Below are positions 49,645 to 59,585 of a stretch of DNA of 64,000 bases, piece by piece. The notes below the pieces were generated by a model that saw nothing but the letters and a program-made list of their open reading frames with translations, searched no databases and had not been told where the DNA came from. The first letter of the stretch is position 1. Every line of letters starts with the position of its first letter. The stretch is taken from the NCBI GenBank assembly GCA_965197905.1, contig CBDAOB010000004.1, positions 1,971,857-2,035,856 of the forward strand, read 5' to 3'. The DNA comes from Candidatus Latescibacterota bacterium. Lineage in GTDB: Bacteria; Latescibacterota; UBA2968; UBA8231. Both the position numbers and the translations under genes were made by a program.

Positions 49645-50895
49645 GTGATGCGAAAGAGACCACCGAAAAGCGACCCACGTTGCTCATTCTGCGGACGCAG
49701 CGCCAACCAGGTGGAAAAGATCATCACAGGTCCTTCCGTCCACATCTGCAATGAATGCGTTAAACTCTGCAACGAGGTCCTGGCGGAGGAGAAACGTCAA
49801 ACCCTGCCGTGGGAGACGGGTAGTCTTCCCAAACCGACCGATATCAGAGCATTCCTGGACGAGTATGTCATTGGCCAGGAACAGGCTAAGAAGATCCTTT
49901 CCGTTGCCGTCTACAACCATTACAAACGCATTCGTTCCAACATCTCCATGGAAGGGGTGGAGCTGGAGAAGAGCAATATCCTCTTGGTCGGTCCCACTGG
50001 CACCGGTAAGACCCTGCTGGCGAACACCCTCGCCAAGGTGCTGCAGGTCCCTTTTTCTATCGCCGACGCAACGATCCTGACCGAAGCCGGGTATGTCGGC
50101 GAAGACGTGGAGAATATCCTCGTGCGTTTGCTACAGGCCGCCGACTACGACGTACAACGGGCGGAGAAGGGTATCCTCTACCTCGACGAGGTCGACAAGA
50201 TTGCTCGCAAGAGCGCGACGCCGGCGGTCAGCCGCGATGTTTCAGGAGAAGGGGTTCAACAGGCCCTCCTCAAGATCATCGAGGGAACCATCGCCAACAT
50301 TCCCCCGAAGGGAGGACGCAAACATCCCGAACAGCCGATGATCCAGCTGAACACCCGCAACATCCTGTTTATTTGCGGGGGGGCCTTCGAAGGGCTAGAC
50401 AAGATTATCAGTCAGCGCGTTGGTCGTCGAACGATCGGATTCGGGTCTGGCTTGCACGAACCGGAAGAGGCGGAGGGCGAGGAGATCATGGCGGATGTGC
50501 AGCCGGAAGATCTGTTGGCTTACGGGCTGATCCCGGAGTTCGTGGGTCGGGTTCCAGTCGTCACCGCGCTCGAAGAGCTCGGTGAGGACGATCTCTTTGA
50601 TATTCTCACCGAACCGCGCAACGCTATAATAAAACAGGCGCAGCGTCTTTTCGAAATGGATGGAGTCGAGTTGCAGTTTACGGAGGAAGCGCTTCGCAAG
50701 GTGGTCGATCTGACGGTCAAGAAAGGCACCGGAGCACGTGGGCTCAGGTCCGTGCTAGAGCAGGCGATGATGGACATCATGTACGATGTTCCGTCGCAGG
50801 CGGGTGTCACCAAACTCGAGATCACCGCCGAGATGATCGAAAAGGGTGTGGAGGAAATCGACGACGAGGACGAATTGGAGCGCAAAAGGGCGTGA
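49645..50895 (+). CDS. clpX: Clp protease ATP-binding subunit ClpX
   Basis: CSFCG zinc finger, [25 protein letters not shown] loop and GARGLRS. Confidence 0.97.
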   Translation: MMRKRPPKSDPRCSFCGRSANQVEKIITGPSVHICNECVKLCNEVLAEEKRQTLPWETGSLPKPTDIRAFLDEYVIGQEQAKKILSVAVYNHYKRIRSNISMEGVELEKSNILLVGPTGTGKTLLANTLAKVLQVPFSIADATILTEAGYVGEDVENILVRLLQAADYDVQRAEKGILYLDEVDKIARKSATPAVSRDVSGEGVQQALLKIIEGTIANIPPKGGRKHPEQPMIQLNTRNILFICGGAFEGLDKIISQRVGRRTIGFGSGLHEPEEAEGEEIMADVQPEDLLAYGLIPEFVGRVPVVTALEELGEDDLFDILTEPRNAIIKQAQRLFEMDGVELQFTEEALRKVVDLTVKKGTGARGLRSVLEQAMMDIMYDVPSQAGVTKLEITAEMIEKGVEEIDDEDELERKRA

Positions 50896-50917
50896 TTCGA
50901 CCGGACACCCGTATGGC

Positions 50918-51538
50918 ATGGAGTTTTCGACCGCAGAGTTCGTCATTGGCGCCGCCAGCCCCGCAGACCTGCCCAACAACGGTTACGCCGAGATTGCCTT
51001 CGCCGGCCGTTCGAACGTCGGCAAATCCTCGCTCATCAACAAGCTGTTAAACCGCAAGAAGTTAGCACACACCAGCTCGACTCCTGGCAAAACCCGGCAA
51101 CTGAATTACTACTTGATTGACGAGAGGTTCTACTTCGTCGATCTTCCCGGATACGGATACGTGCGCGGGGGAGTCAACCTGCGCAATCAACTCGGCAAGC
51201 TGACCGAGGCCTATCTTCAGTCGCGGCAACAACTTGTCGCGGTACTCCAACTGATCGATGCACGAAACGGGCCGACCGATCAAGACTTGATCATGGTGGA
51301 TTGGCTGCGCCAACGCCACACAGATTTCTTGCTGGTTTTTACCAAAGTGGACAAGATGACCCGCAACAAATGGAATACAAAATTGCGGCGTTTGGAGTCG
51401 GACGGACACCTGGGCGGCCTCTCGTTCGTCTCTTTCTCTGCCACAACGGGCGAGGGCAGCCGCGACATTCAGCAATGGATGGGTGATGCCCTGAAAACCG
51501 CACCGGAAAATGCGGTTGCCCGGGGACCCGGACACTAA
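50918..51538 (+). CDS. engB: GTP-binding protein EngB/YihA
   Basis: AGRSNVGKSSLIN, STPGKT, DLPGYG and TKVDK. Confidence 0.95.
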   Translation: MEFSTAEFVIGAASPADLPNNGYAEIAFAGRSNVGKSSLINKLLNRKKLAHTSSTPGKTRQLNYYLIDERFYFVDLPGYGYVRGGVNLRNQLGKLTEAYLQSRQQLVAVLQLIDARNGPTDQDLIMVDWLRQRHTDFLLVFTKVDKMTRNKWNTKLRRLESDGHLGGLSFVSFSATTGEGSRDIQQWMGDALKTAPENAVARGPGH

Positions 51539-51540
51539 TC

Positions 51541-52821
51541 ATGCCGGCCAAAATCGTGTTGGGCGCGCAATGGGGGGACGAGGGCAAGGCAAAGGTCGTC
51601 GACTACATGACCTTGAGCGCCGACATCGTGGCCCGCTACCAGGGCGGGGCAAACGCCGGTCACACGGTGCAGGTGGGCGACAGCACATTCGTGTTTCACA
51701 TCATTCACTCCGGCATCATTCACTCAGACAAGATCTGTGTTATTGGCAACGGAGTAGTAGCGGATCCGGTTGCCCTTATCGCCGAGCTGGACGAGCTAGA
51801 GAGCCGGGGGATTCTCGTCGCCGACCGTCTTTTCATCAGCGGCAATGCCCATGTGGTCATGCCCTATCACAAGGCGCTGGAGAAAGCGGAGGAGGAAGAC
51901 CCATCAGGGCTGACGCTGGGTACCACCCTGCGAGGCATTGGGCCCTGTTACCGCGACAAGATCGAGCGCTCCAACGGTGTCCGTATGACCGATCTCATGC
52001 GCCCCGACAAACTGCGCGATAAGTTGCGTTCGGCCATTCAATCCAAGAACGAGATTTTGGCGCGCATTTACGCTGCCGACGTGATCGACCAGAACGACAC
52101 AATTGATGAATTCGTCGCCTATGGCAAGCGCCTGCAACCGTACGTTACCGACACATCGGCGCTCCTCAACAACGCCCTCGATGGCGGGAAAACGGTCCTT
52201 TTCGAGGGCGCCCAGGGCACGTTGCTGGACGTCGACCACGGTACCTACCCCTACGTTACCTCCTCGAACACGACCGCGGGTGGGGCGTGCACCGGGAGCG
52301 GAGTCGGCCCTACGCGGATAGCCGAAGTAATCGGTGTCACCAAGGCCTACACCACCCGCGTCGGCAACGGTCCTTTTCCGACAGAGCTGGACGACGAAAA
52401 CGGCGAGCGCATCCGTGCCATAGGCCATGAATACGGTGCGACGACGGGGCGCTCCCGCCGCTGCGGCTGGTTCGACGCTCCCATCGTGCGGCTCGCCGGG
52501 CGGATCAACGGTTTGATGAGCATCGCGCTCACGCGCCTGGATGTGCTGGACACCCTCGAGCGCCTGAAGCTGTGCGTGGCATACGACTGCGATGGCACCG
52601 AGTTGTCCGAGTTCCCCTCCGACCCGGAACAGCTGGAAAATTGCAAACCGATCTACGAGGAACTGCCAGGGTGGCAGGTGGGGACCACGGCCGCGCGTCG
52701 TTTCAACGACTTACATCCTAACGCTCGTCGCTACGTCGACCGCATTTCGGAGTTGACGGGACGACCGGTTTCACTGATTTCTGTCGGACCCGAACGAGAG
52801 TCCACCATCGACGTCTCTTGA
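51541..52821 (+). CDS. purA: Adenylosuccinate synthetase
   Basis: QWGDEGK, GGANAGHT, EGAQG, YPYVTSS and GATTGRSRRCGW. Confidence 0.97.
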   Translation: MPAKIVLGAQWGDEGKAKVVDYMTLSADIVARYQGGANAGHTVQVGDSTFVFHIIHSGIIHSDKICVIGNGVVADPVALIAELDELESRGILVADRLFISGNAHVVMPYHKALEKAEEEDPSGLTLGTTLRGIGPCYRDKIERSNGVRMTDLMRPDKLRDKLRSAIQSKNEILARIYAADVIDQNDTIDEFVAYGKRLQPYVTDTSALLNNALDGGKTVLFEGAQGTLLDVDHGTYPYVTSSNTTAGGACTGSGVGPTRIAEVIGVTKAYTTRVGNGPFPTELDDENGERIRAIGHEYGATTGRSRRCGWFDAPIVRLAGRINGLMSIALTRLDVLDTLERLKLCVAYDCDGTELSEFPSDPEQLENCKPIYEELPGWQVGTTAARRFNDLHPNARRYVDRISELTGRPVSLISVGPERESTIDVS

Positions 52822-52828
52822 TAATCTG

Positions 52829-53734
52829 ATGTTGCCCGAAATCGACCCCAGGTCGCCCGGCGCCAGACTCCGTAGTTTGATCGCCGAAAAGACGGTCGTC
52901 CTTCCGGGCGCCTTCAACGCCGCGGTCGGGCTATTGGCACAGCAGGCAGGATTCGAAGCGGTCTACATTTCCGGGGCTGGTCTCGTCAACGGCACCGCGG
53001 GATACCCTGACATCGGCCTGTTCACTATGGATGAAATGGCGACCCAGGCGAGTTACATCGCCCGGTCGCTACGCGTGCCAGCGATCTGTGACGCCGACAC
53101 CGGCTACGGCGAGGCGCTGCAGGTTATGCGAACAGTGCACGCGTATGAGCAGGCGGGGTTGGCCGGGTTGCACCTGGAGGATCAGGTCGCGCCGAAACGC
53201 TGCGGACATCTGGATGGCAAGAGCCTGGTATCGGCCGCCGATATGGAACGCAAGCTGACGGCGGCCGCAGCCGCTCGGTCCAGTGAGGACTTTTTGTTGA
53301 TCGCCCGCACCGATGCGCGCAGCGTCGAAGGGTTCGAAGCCGGCGTCGAACGGAGCTTGCGGTATCTGGAGGCCGGCGCCGACGCCATTTTTCCCGAAGC
53401 CTTGGAATCTCGAGACGAGTTTGCCGAATTTGCCGAGCGGGTGGATGCGGTTCTCATGGCGAACATGACTGAGTTCGGCAAGTCACCCATCATTTCCGTC
53501 ACCGAATTTGCAGTAATGGGGTACCGCATGGTCATCTTTCCCATGACCGCGTTTCGCGTTATGATGAAATCGGCGGAGGAGCTGTTTCGAGATCTTCGCG
53601 CTAAAGGCACACAGATCGATTGGCTTTCACAGATGCAGACTCGAGAAGAGCTCTATGCACTTTTGCGGTACGACGAGTACGCCAAGATGGATTCCGCGGT
53701 CGCGAGAGGTTCGAGCACGGATCAAGAGGTCTAA
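52829..53734 (+). CDS. prpB: Methylisocitrate lyase
   Basis: YISGAG, DADTGYG, KRCGH, ARTDA and ANMTEFGK. Confidence 0.92.
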   Translation: MLPEIDPRSPGARLRSLIAEKTVVLPGAFNAAVGLLAQQAGFEAVYISGAGLVNGTAGYPDIGLFTMDEMATQASYIARSLRVPAICDADTGYGEALQVMRTVHAYEQAGLAGLHLEDQVAPKRCGHLDGKSLVSAADMERKLTAAAAARSSEDFLLIARTDARSVEGFEAGVERSLRYLEAGADAIFPEALESRDEFAEFAERVDAVLMANMTEFGKSPIISVTEFAVMGYRMVIFPMTAFRVMMKSAEELFRDLRAKGTQIDWLSQMQTREELYALLRYDEYAKMDSAVARGSSTDQEV

Positions 53735-53764
53735 GAAGCGATCCTCTATCCCGAGATTGATGCA

Positions 53765-54895
53765 GTGAAAACGGAAGATTACAGTCCAGGTCTGGAGGGA
53801 ATCGTCGCCGGTGAGTCGGCGATTTCTAGCATTGACGTTCAGCGCAATCGGTTGCTGGTGCGCGGGTACGACCTTGCCGACCTCAGCGAACATTGCAGAT
53901 TCGAAGAGGTCGCCTACCTCTTGCTGCACGATGATCTTCCCAACGCATCGGCACTTTCCGAATTTGAGAACACCATCGATCTTCGCCGCGGCCTGAGCGA
54001 TCCCACTCTCGAGTTACTGCGGCGCGCGCCGCTCCGGTCCCATCCGATGAGCCTACTGAGGACGGCCGTCTCGGCGTTGTCCCTGGAGGATCTGAATGCG
54101 GGCGATCGCAGTGTCGAAGCCGAACGACGGAGGGCGGTGGAGCTGTTGGCGAAGATTCCTACCATCATCGCGGCCGGCTACCGCCTCGCATCGGGCGCAG
54201 AGCCTGTTGCTCCGAAGCCGGAATACTCCCAAGCAGCCAATCTGTTGTACATGTTGCGGGGATCGGACCCCGACGATCACGAGGTGGCCGCTTTGGACGT
54301 CTCCTTGATACTCTACGCCGAACACGGGTTCAACGCGTCGACCTTCACGGCTCGAGTTGTGGCGTCGACCTTGAGCGACCTCTATGCCAGTATCGTTGCA
54401 GCCATTGGTGCGCTGGCGGGACCATTGCACGGCGGGGCTAATGAAAAAGCGATGGAGATGCTGGAGCAGATCGGTTCGGCAGAGGTGGCTGAGCACTGGG
54501 TGTTGAACGCGCTGGCCGAGAAGCGAAAGATCATGGGTTTTGGTCACCGCGAGTATAGAACGGGTGACTCTCGCGTGCCGATCATGAAGGCGGTTGGCCG
54601 CAAACTTGCAACTATTCTGGATGACAGCCGGTGGGTCGATATCGCCGATGTGGTCGAACGCACGATGGATCGCGAGAAGGGTATTTTCGCGAATGTCGAC
54701 TTCCCCTGTTCGTATGTTTACTACATGCTGGGGATTCCGATTCAGCTCTACACTCCGATCTTCGTCTCGAGCCGGGTAACGGGGTGGGCAGCACACATCA
54801 TGGAGCAGCTCGCCAACAACCGTCTCATCCGGCCCGCACACCTCTACCTCGGACCGGCCTGGCGTCGTTTCTTGCCTCTCTCAGAGCGGGGGTGA
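53765..54895 (+). CDS. prpC: 2-methylcitrate / citrate synthase
   Basis: GLEG, YAEHGFNASTF, GPLHGGANE, MGFGHR and NVDF; adjacent to prpB. Confidence 0.85.
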   Translation: MKTEDYSPGLEGIVAGESAISSIDVQRNRLLVRGYDLADLSEHCRFEEVAYLLLHDDLPNASALSEFENTIDLRRGLSDPTLELLRRAPLRSHPMSLLRTAVSALSLEDLNAGDRSVEAERRRAVELLAKIPTIIAAGYRLASGAEPVAPKPEYSQAANLLYMLRGSDPDDHEVAALDVSLILYAEHGFNASTFTARVVASTLSDLYASIVAAIGALAGPLHGGANEKAMEMLEQIGSAEVAEHWVLNALAEKRKIMGFGHREYRTGDSRVPIMKAVGRKLATILDDSRWVDIADVVERTMDREKGIFANVDFPCSYVYYMLGIPIQLYTPIFVSSRVTGWAAHIMEQLANNRLIRPAHLYLGPAWRRFLPLSERG

Positions 54896-55450
54896 GCCGG
54901 CGTTCGCGCTTGATCGGCGCCGCCTTTGCAACAGTGTATCCCTGATTTCTAGCAGGAACGCCTGAACCACCGGGGTCTGGTAGTCAGGGTAGGTCCATGG
55001 CTGCGGCTGGCATTTTCCCTTTTGGAAAAACAGCGTGGTTTCGGCAAACAGCCCCGGGCCTATGCAGATGCGGTGTCCGCTGTATTTCGTCGTCGCCAGT
55101 ACGAGACTCTCTACCGAAACCAAACCAGGATCGATGTTGGCGCGCCGACAGAGCGCTCCTTGCTTCTCTTCCGCCAGCTCTTTCTCGATCTCCATGGTTT
55201 TCCGTTTTACGTCATAAAGCGAAGCGGGGTCCACGGGATCGCCCACGCGGAAAAGCTGCTTGATCAGACCACCACCCATCTCGTCGTGGTAGTAGGTCGA
55301 GAAATCGAACGGGAAGGTGGAGCTGCGACTCGTGATCGATCCCAGGTGGCGTTCGATCTTCTCCGAGGCTTGGGCCATTTCCGTCGCACCAGGAGTCAAA
55401 GTGGCACAGATCAGGGCGGCAGGCTCTACCGGCTGCTCAAAGATGGGCAT
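54881..55450 (-). CDS. DUF4416 family protein
   Basis: FDFSTYYHDEMG, RRANIDPG, LATTK...HRI and PWTYPDY. Confidence 0.85.
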   Translation of the reverse strand: MPIFEQPVEPAALICATLTPGATEMAQASEKIERHLGSITSRSSTFPFDFSTYYHDEMGGGLIKQLFRVGDPVDPASLYDVKRKTMEIEKELAEEKQGALCRRANIDPGLVSVESLVLATTKYSGHRICIGPGLFAETTLFFQKGKCQPQPWTYPDYQTPVVQAFLLEIRDTLLQRRRRSSANAGSPPL

Positions 55451-55453
55451 TGC

Positions 55454-56869
55454 TCAGTTCGACTCCCCGGCTTCCACGGGGTGGTCGCTGTCTTCGATTA
55501 CCCGCATGGACTTCCACGCCCCCGATCTAAATCTCAAGTAGAATACGATGCCCGCCGCGACGATGTAGGCGCACATGAGTGTCCACAACGTCCAGACTCC
55601 CACGTCGAAGAGTGCGACCCCAACAACAGCGGGAATGAGCATCACTAACCAGCTCAAGCCGATTGAGCCCAACATCACGTAGCGCGTATCACCGGCCCCT
55701 TTCAAGGCAGATGTAAACACGATATACATGCCGTCGAAAACGCAGTACACTGCGACGATTCGCAACAGTCCCTCGGCCAGGTTTTGAGCGGCCACAAAAT
55801 CCTCCCCGTGTGCGCGAAAGCCGTACGGCATCAAGAACAGCGCGGGCACGCACAAGTACAAAAGAGCCATCGTGCCCATATAACCCAGGGCAAGGTGCAT
55901 GCCAGACCACGTGCAATATTCGGCCTTGTCGGGAAAATTCTCACCCAGATGCTGTCCGACCAGGGTAGACACGGCGATGCCGCATCCAATCAACGGCATG
56001 AATGCCAGGCTGTTGACGTTGAATGCCATGTTGGTCGCCGCCAGTTCGACCGTGCCCAGTCGTCCCACTATGAGAATGAAGAAGGAGAACGCCATGACAT
56101 CGAGCATGAAGTTTACACCGCTTGGGACACCGAACCTCAGCATCCGGCGAAAGAGTTCCCCATCGAATCTCCACTGGCTCAGAGTGCCGAACTCCTCACG
56201 GTTTTGGCGTTGTAGGATTAGCAGTCCTAACAACAGCGCCGAGAACGCAGCGGCCAGGTTGGTGGCCCAGGCCGCCCCACGGATCCCCATCGCGGGGAAT
56301 CCCCAATGGCCGAAGATGAGGGCATAGTCGAGTCCGATATTTATGCCGGTAGCGGAGGCGTTTACAATCAAAACAACCCACGTCTTACTCTGGCCGCTGT
56401 AAAAGCAGGACAGCACAGTTGCCAGGACAATGGGGCCTGTTCCGAAACAAAGGATACGAAAGTAGGCGACCTCCTCGGCGCGAATCGCGGGATCGTGGCC
56501 GATGAGGTCAAATAGCGGCCGGGCAAGTGGGAGCAAACCGAGAGCGGCGATTCCTGCTCCCCAGGAGAGATGCGTGCCCTGCCAGATGGAGGCACCGACG
56601 CGGTCGCGCCGTCGAGCTCCTACATACTGTGCGACAAAAACGTTTACGTATCCGGCAAGCCCCAAGAAGAAACTCACAAACACAAAGTTGCTTATCCCTG
56701 CCGGGAGTGCGGCGGCCATCGATTGAGTGGAATGCCAAGTCAGGAACACCCGATCGACGAAATGCTGAATGCTCCAGCTGGCGGTACTGAGAATCAGCGG
56801 CAAAGCGAGGGCGAGGAAATCTCGGTATCCTCCGACACTGCCCCACCGGTCGCGCACGCTTGCAAGCAC
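55454..56869 (-). CDS. MATE family efflux transporter
   Basis: LALALP, FVDR, VAQYVGA, NIGLDYALIFG...GIRGAAWAT and LKGAGDT. GTG 56869 has GGAG upstream. Confidence 0.92.
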   Translation of the reverse strand: MLASVRDRWGSVGGYRDFLALALPLILSTASWSIQHFVDRVFLTWHSTQSMAAALPAGISNFVFVSFFLGLAGYVNVFVAQYVGARRRDRVGASIWQGTHLSWGAGIAALGLLPLARPLFDLIGHDPAIRAEEVAYFRILCFGTGPIVLATVLSCFYSGQSKTWVVLIVNASATGINIGLDYALIFGHWGFPAMGIRGAAWATNLAAAFSALLLGLLILQRQNREEFGTLSQWRFDGELFRRMLRFGVPSGVNFMLDVMAFSFFILIVGRLGTVELAATNMAFNVNSLAFMPLIGCGIAVSTLVGQHLGENFPDKAEYCTWSGMHLALGYMGTMALLYLCVPALFLMPYGFRAHGEDFVAAQNLAEGLLRIVAVYCVFDGMYIVFTSALKGAGDTRYVMLGSIGLSWLVMLIPAVVGVALFDVGVWTLWTLMCAYIVAAGIVFYLRFRSGAWKSMRVIEDSDHPVEAGESN

Positions 56870-56921
56870 TTTGATTACGGCTCCAGGCTCGTTGTGAGTG
56901 GATTGAAAACGGTAGAAACAT

Positions 56922-57045
56922 TTCGATGGCCGCGAGCTTTGAGACGGTCCAGACACCGCAGACGAGGGCCACGTCGGCACCGTCTGCGCGGACGTGTTTG
57001 GCGATGCGATCGCTGCTGTCGATTGTGAGTGACAAACGGTTTACG
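56922..57045 (-). pseudogene. Possible remnant of a GrdB/PrdB-like reductase selenoprotein B gene, split by the intron (continues at 57795-57830)
   Basis: With the intron removed the minus strand reads SMG-VNRLSLTIDSSDRIAKHVRADGADVALVCGV-W-TVSKLAAIE. This resembles my recollection of the family pattern FMG...VA..LK.DGVD..LL.PV-U-P.C..TV...A..IE. Confidence 0.3.
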
Positions 57046-57794
57046 GTGCGCCGTGCTAAGGCGCACATCTTCAGTGGGTGCGAATCCCACCCGGCAAGGG
57101 TCGCTCCAGCCGGTAGCAATCGGAGCAGTGGTGGAGGCGACGAAGCCGCTGAAGCCTCCGGTGTAGAGGGTCGCCTTGGGCGACTTGGCGAGCACACAGG
57201 CCGTAACGTGAGTAAACGCTGAGCAGGCCTCGAAAAGTGTAATGCGGAAGCCGACCTGCCCGTAAACCAGGGAAGGCCGCTGCAGCTGGGGAAGTCGAGC
57301 GACAAGCGCACCCAGCTGTTCCGCCGGGGTAGTGGCGACAGCATGTGTGTAAGAGGAGATGTGGCGCAACACGGGAAGCCTCATCCGGTGGAAGCAGCGA
57401 GTGCCTCCAACCGGTAACCCGCGAGGGCCAGACTGGGCTGGATGAGGTGGCGGACAGGCGCGTAGTACCGAGGAAGCCGGGTAACTCCGGTGGAGGGAAG
57501 GGGCCTGACTTCGGACATGCTGCGGAAGTGCAGAGGGTTGGAGAGTGGCGTGAGCCTATTGCCTCCAGCAGTAAGACTAGTATGCATCGGAAGCAGCTTG
57601 ACTACCAGGTGAAGTCCTTGTGGCGTGTGCCTGGATGTGACGTTCGTCGGGAAGCCGGATGCGGGAGATCCGCACGTCCGGTTTGAGGCGGCGGGAACTG
57701 GAAACGTAGCGATGGGAGTCGGACTGAGGGCTATGGCGAAAGCCATGGGGAACCCACCGAACCCTAAGGCTGGCGCGCCAGTTCTCGACCCTAC
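57046..57794 (+). mobile_element. ORF-less group II intron (IIB-like), 749 nt
   Basis: 5' GTGCG at 57046. Domain V AAGCCGGATGCGGGAGATCCGCACGTCCGGTTT (57652-57684). Domain VI ends CTCGACCCTAC at 57794. Domain III-like GTAGTACCGAGGAAGCCGGGTAACTCCGGTGGAGGGAAGG. EBS1 CGTAAA (57261-57266) is complementary to the 5' exon end TTTACG. No RT ORF. Confidence 0.92.
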
Positions 57795-57868
57795 CCCATT
57801 GATCAGAGCATCGGATGGATTAATATTAGCGACAGGCGGCTCCGAATAACTCTCTATTAGAAGAAAGC

Positions 57869-58504
57869 ATGTCAAAGAAAACCAAAACCGTTAAGAAAAC
57901 GCAAAGAAAAGCGTTCGGTATTACCGTTCTCAAAGCAGCGGACAAAAGAATCCGAAGTCTAAAAAGCGAATACGAACCGTTCGTTCACGGCGGCAAGTTT
58001 TGGAACTCCAGCTGGCTGATCATGGACTTCCTGAAACGTCAAGGTGTTCCGCAGAACAGCCGGGTAATCGAGGTCGGATGTGGGTGGGGTCTGGCTTCCA
58101 TATACTGCGCCAAGAATCACGAGGCAAGAGTGACCGGCGTCGATATGGATTCGGCCGTATTTCCCTATCTCAAGCTGCACGCGGAAGTCAACGATGTACG
58201 GGTCAAAACCGAGCGTATGAAGTTTCAGGATCTCAGAAAGAAGACGCTGTCCAAATTCGACCTCATGATCGGTGCGGACGTATGCTTCTGGGACGAGTTG
58301 GTGGACCCCCTGTACAAATTGATTCGACGAGGCGTCAAAGCCGACGTTCAACAGATCATTGTCGCCGACCCGGGACGCCCACCGTTTCTAAAGGTCTGCG
58401 ACCGCTGTTGTGACAAGCTTGGCGGGATAACGAAGGACTGGGAAATCTCAGGATCGGTTCGAGCCAGCGGCACCCTCCTGATCGTGGGGTCTCTACCGCA
58501 CTGA
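57869..58504 (+). CDS. Class I SAM methyltransferase (METTL21 / Methyltransf_16-like)
   Basis: GGKFWNSS, VIEVGCGWG, DLMIGADVCF and ADPGR. Confidence 0.85.
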   Translation: MSKKTKTVKKTQRKAFGITVLKAADKRIRSLKSEYEPFVHGGKFWNSSWLIMDFLKRQGVPQNSRVIEVGCGWGLASIYCAKNHEARVTGVDMDSAVFPYLKLHAEVNDVRVKTERMKFQDLRKKTLSKFDLMIGADVCFWDELVDPLYKLIRRGVKADVQQIIVADPGRPPFLKVCDRCCDKLGGITKDWEISGSVRASGTLLIVGSLPH

Positions 58505-58523
58505 GGGCAGTCACCGGTCTGAT

Positions 58524-59516
58524 TCAAAATCGGTTTACCTTGTCGACGATGTTCAGCAAGGTTTCGCCCTTCACGAGTTTCTTGCAGTTTTCGATCAATA
58601 GTGCGAGGCGGCGTTGGTCGATATCCCGGCCGGCCGCCGCCACGTGAGGGGTCATCAGGAAATTCGGCGCTTGCCACAATGGGTGATCGCTCGGAAGAGG
58701 TTCCTCCTCGAAGACGTCCAGCGCTGCGCCCCCAATAAACCCTTCTTTCAAAGCAACTACGAGGTCTTGCAGTTTTACGCTGGTCCCGCGACCAATGTTG
58801 ACGAAGATAGCCGAACGTTTCATCAGCTTGAAACGATCCAGGTCGAAAAGCCCTTCTGTTGAGGGAGTCTGAGGTGCAGTCATGATTACGAAGTCGGCAT
58901 GGGGCAAATGGTCGTTTAATCGCTCGGGGCGGACGAGTTCGTCAACACCATCTGGCGTTTCGGGCACTCGCGGGTCGACTCCGGTCACCATCATGCCGAA
59001 ATGTTTGCAGTGAGCTGCCGTGGCCGCTCCGATGCCTCCCACGCCTATAATCAGAGCTTGCGCTCCTGGAAGATTGGCCAGCTTTCCTTTCTCAAGCTGG
59101 GGAACCCAACGCCCGCGAAACTGTTCCGGTAGATAGTGGTGCAGCCCTCTCGAAAACGCCAAAACGAACGACATGATGTGTTCGCTAATGCAGTCGTTGA
59201 ATATTCCCCTCATATTGGTTACGATCACCGAGCTGGATACCAACTCGGGGAAATAGAATTCGGGAGAAGGTCCCGCTTGTGGGCAGGCAAGCCATTTCAA
59301 CCGGCCGGCCGATTCGAGGAGTTCGGCATCCATCACGCCGAATGCTCCTATGGCAATCGGAAGCGCATCGAGCGCCTCCTGACGAGTTTCGCATATCTGT
59401 ATTTCGAGCTCGGAAACCTCTTCGCCTATCGCCGCGGACCAAGCCCGTTCTCGCCCGGTTGCTGGTGGTAGGAATACGAATCTCAAACTCGACTTGCCCC
59501 TTTCGTCGGTTGTCAT
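58524..59516 (-). CDS. D-2-hydroxyacid dehydrogenase family protein
   Basis: IIGVGGIG, FVNIGRG, ALDVFEEEPL and TPHVA. Confidence 0.93.
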   Translation of the reverse strand: MTTDERGKSSLRFVFLPPATGRERAWSAAIGEEVSELEIQICETRQEALDALPIAIGAFGVMDAELLESAGRLKWLACPQAGPSPEFYFPELVSSSVIVTNMRGIFNDCISEHIMSFVLAFSRGLHHYLPEQFRGRWVPQLEKGKLANLPGAQALIIGVGGIGAATAAHCKHFGMMVTGVDPRVPETPDGVDELVRPERLNDHLPHADFVIMTAPQTPSTEGLFDLDRFKLMKRSAIFVNIGRGTSVKLQDLVVALKEGFIGGAALDVFEEEPLPSDHPLWQAPNFLMTPHVAAAGRDIDQRRLALLIENCKKLVKGETLLNIVDKVNRF

Positions 59517-59585
59517 TGATCACGCAATATAGGGTCTCCTACGGGTCGCAACAATTTATGTTCCCCGGTTCCTATTCGAGGGTCC

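Noticed and set aside
56926-57860. Plus-strand host gene restored by splicing (about 61 aa, MAASFETVQ...KRFT|PIDQSIGW...)
   Set aside because: Short, with no recognisable motif or clear RBS. It cannot be distinguished from chance without expression data.
56508-57875. ORFs overlapping the intron (56508-57344, 56875-57384, 57345-57686, 57381-57875) as an intron-encoded protein
   Set aside because: None has RT motifs such as YADD. They look like incidental frames through structured RNA.
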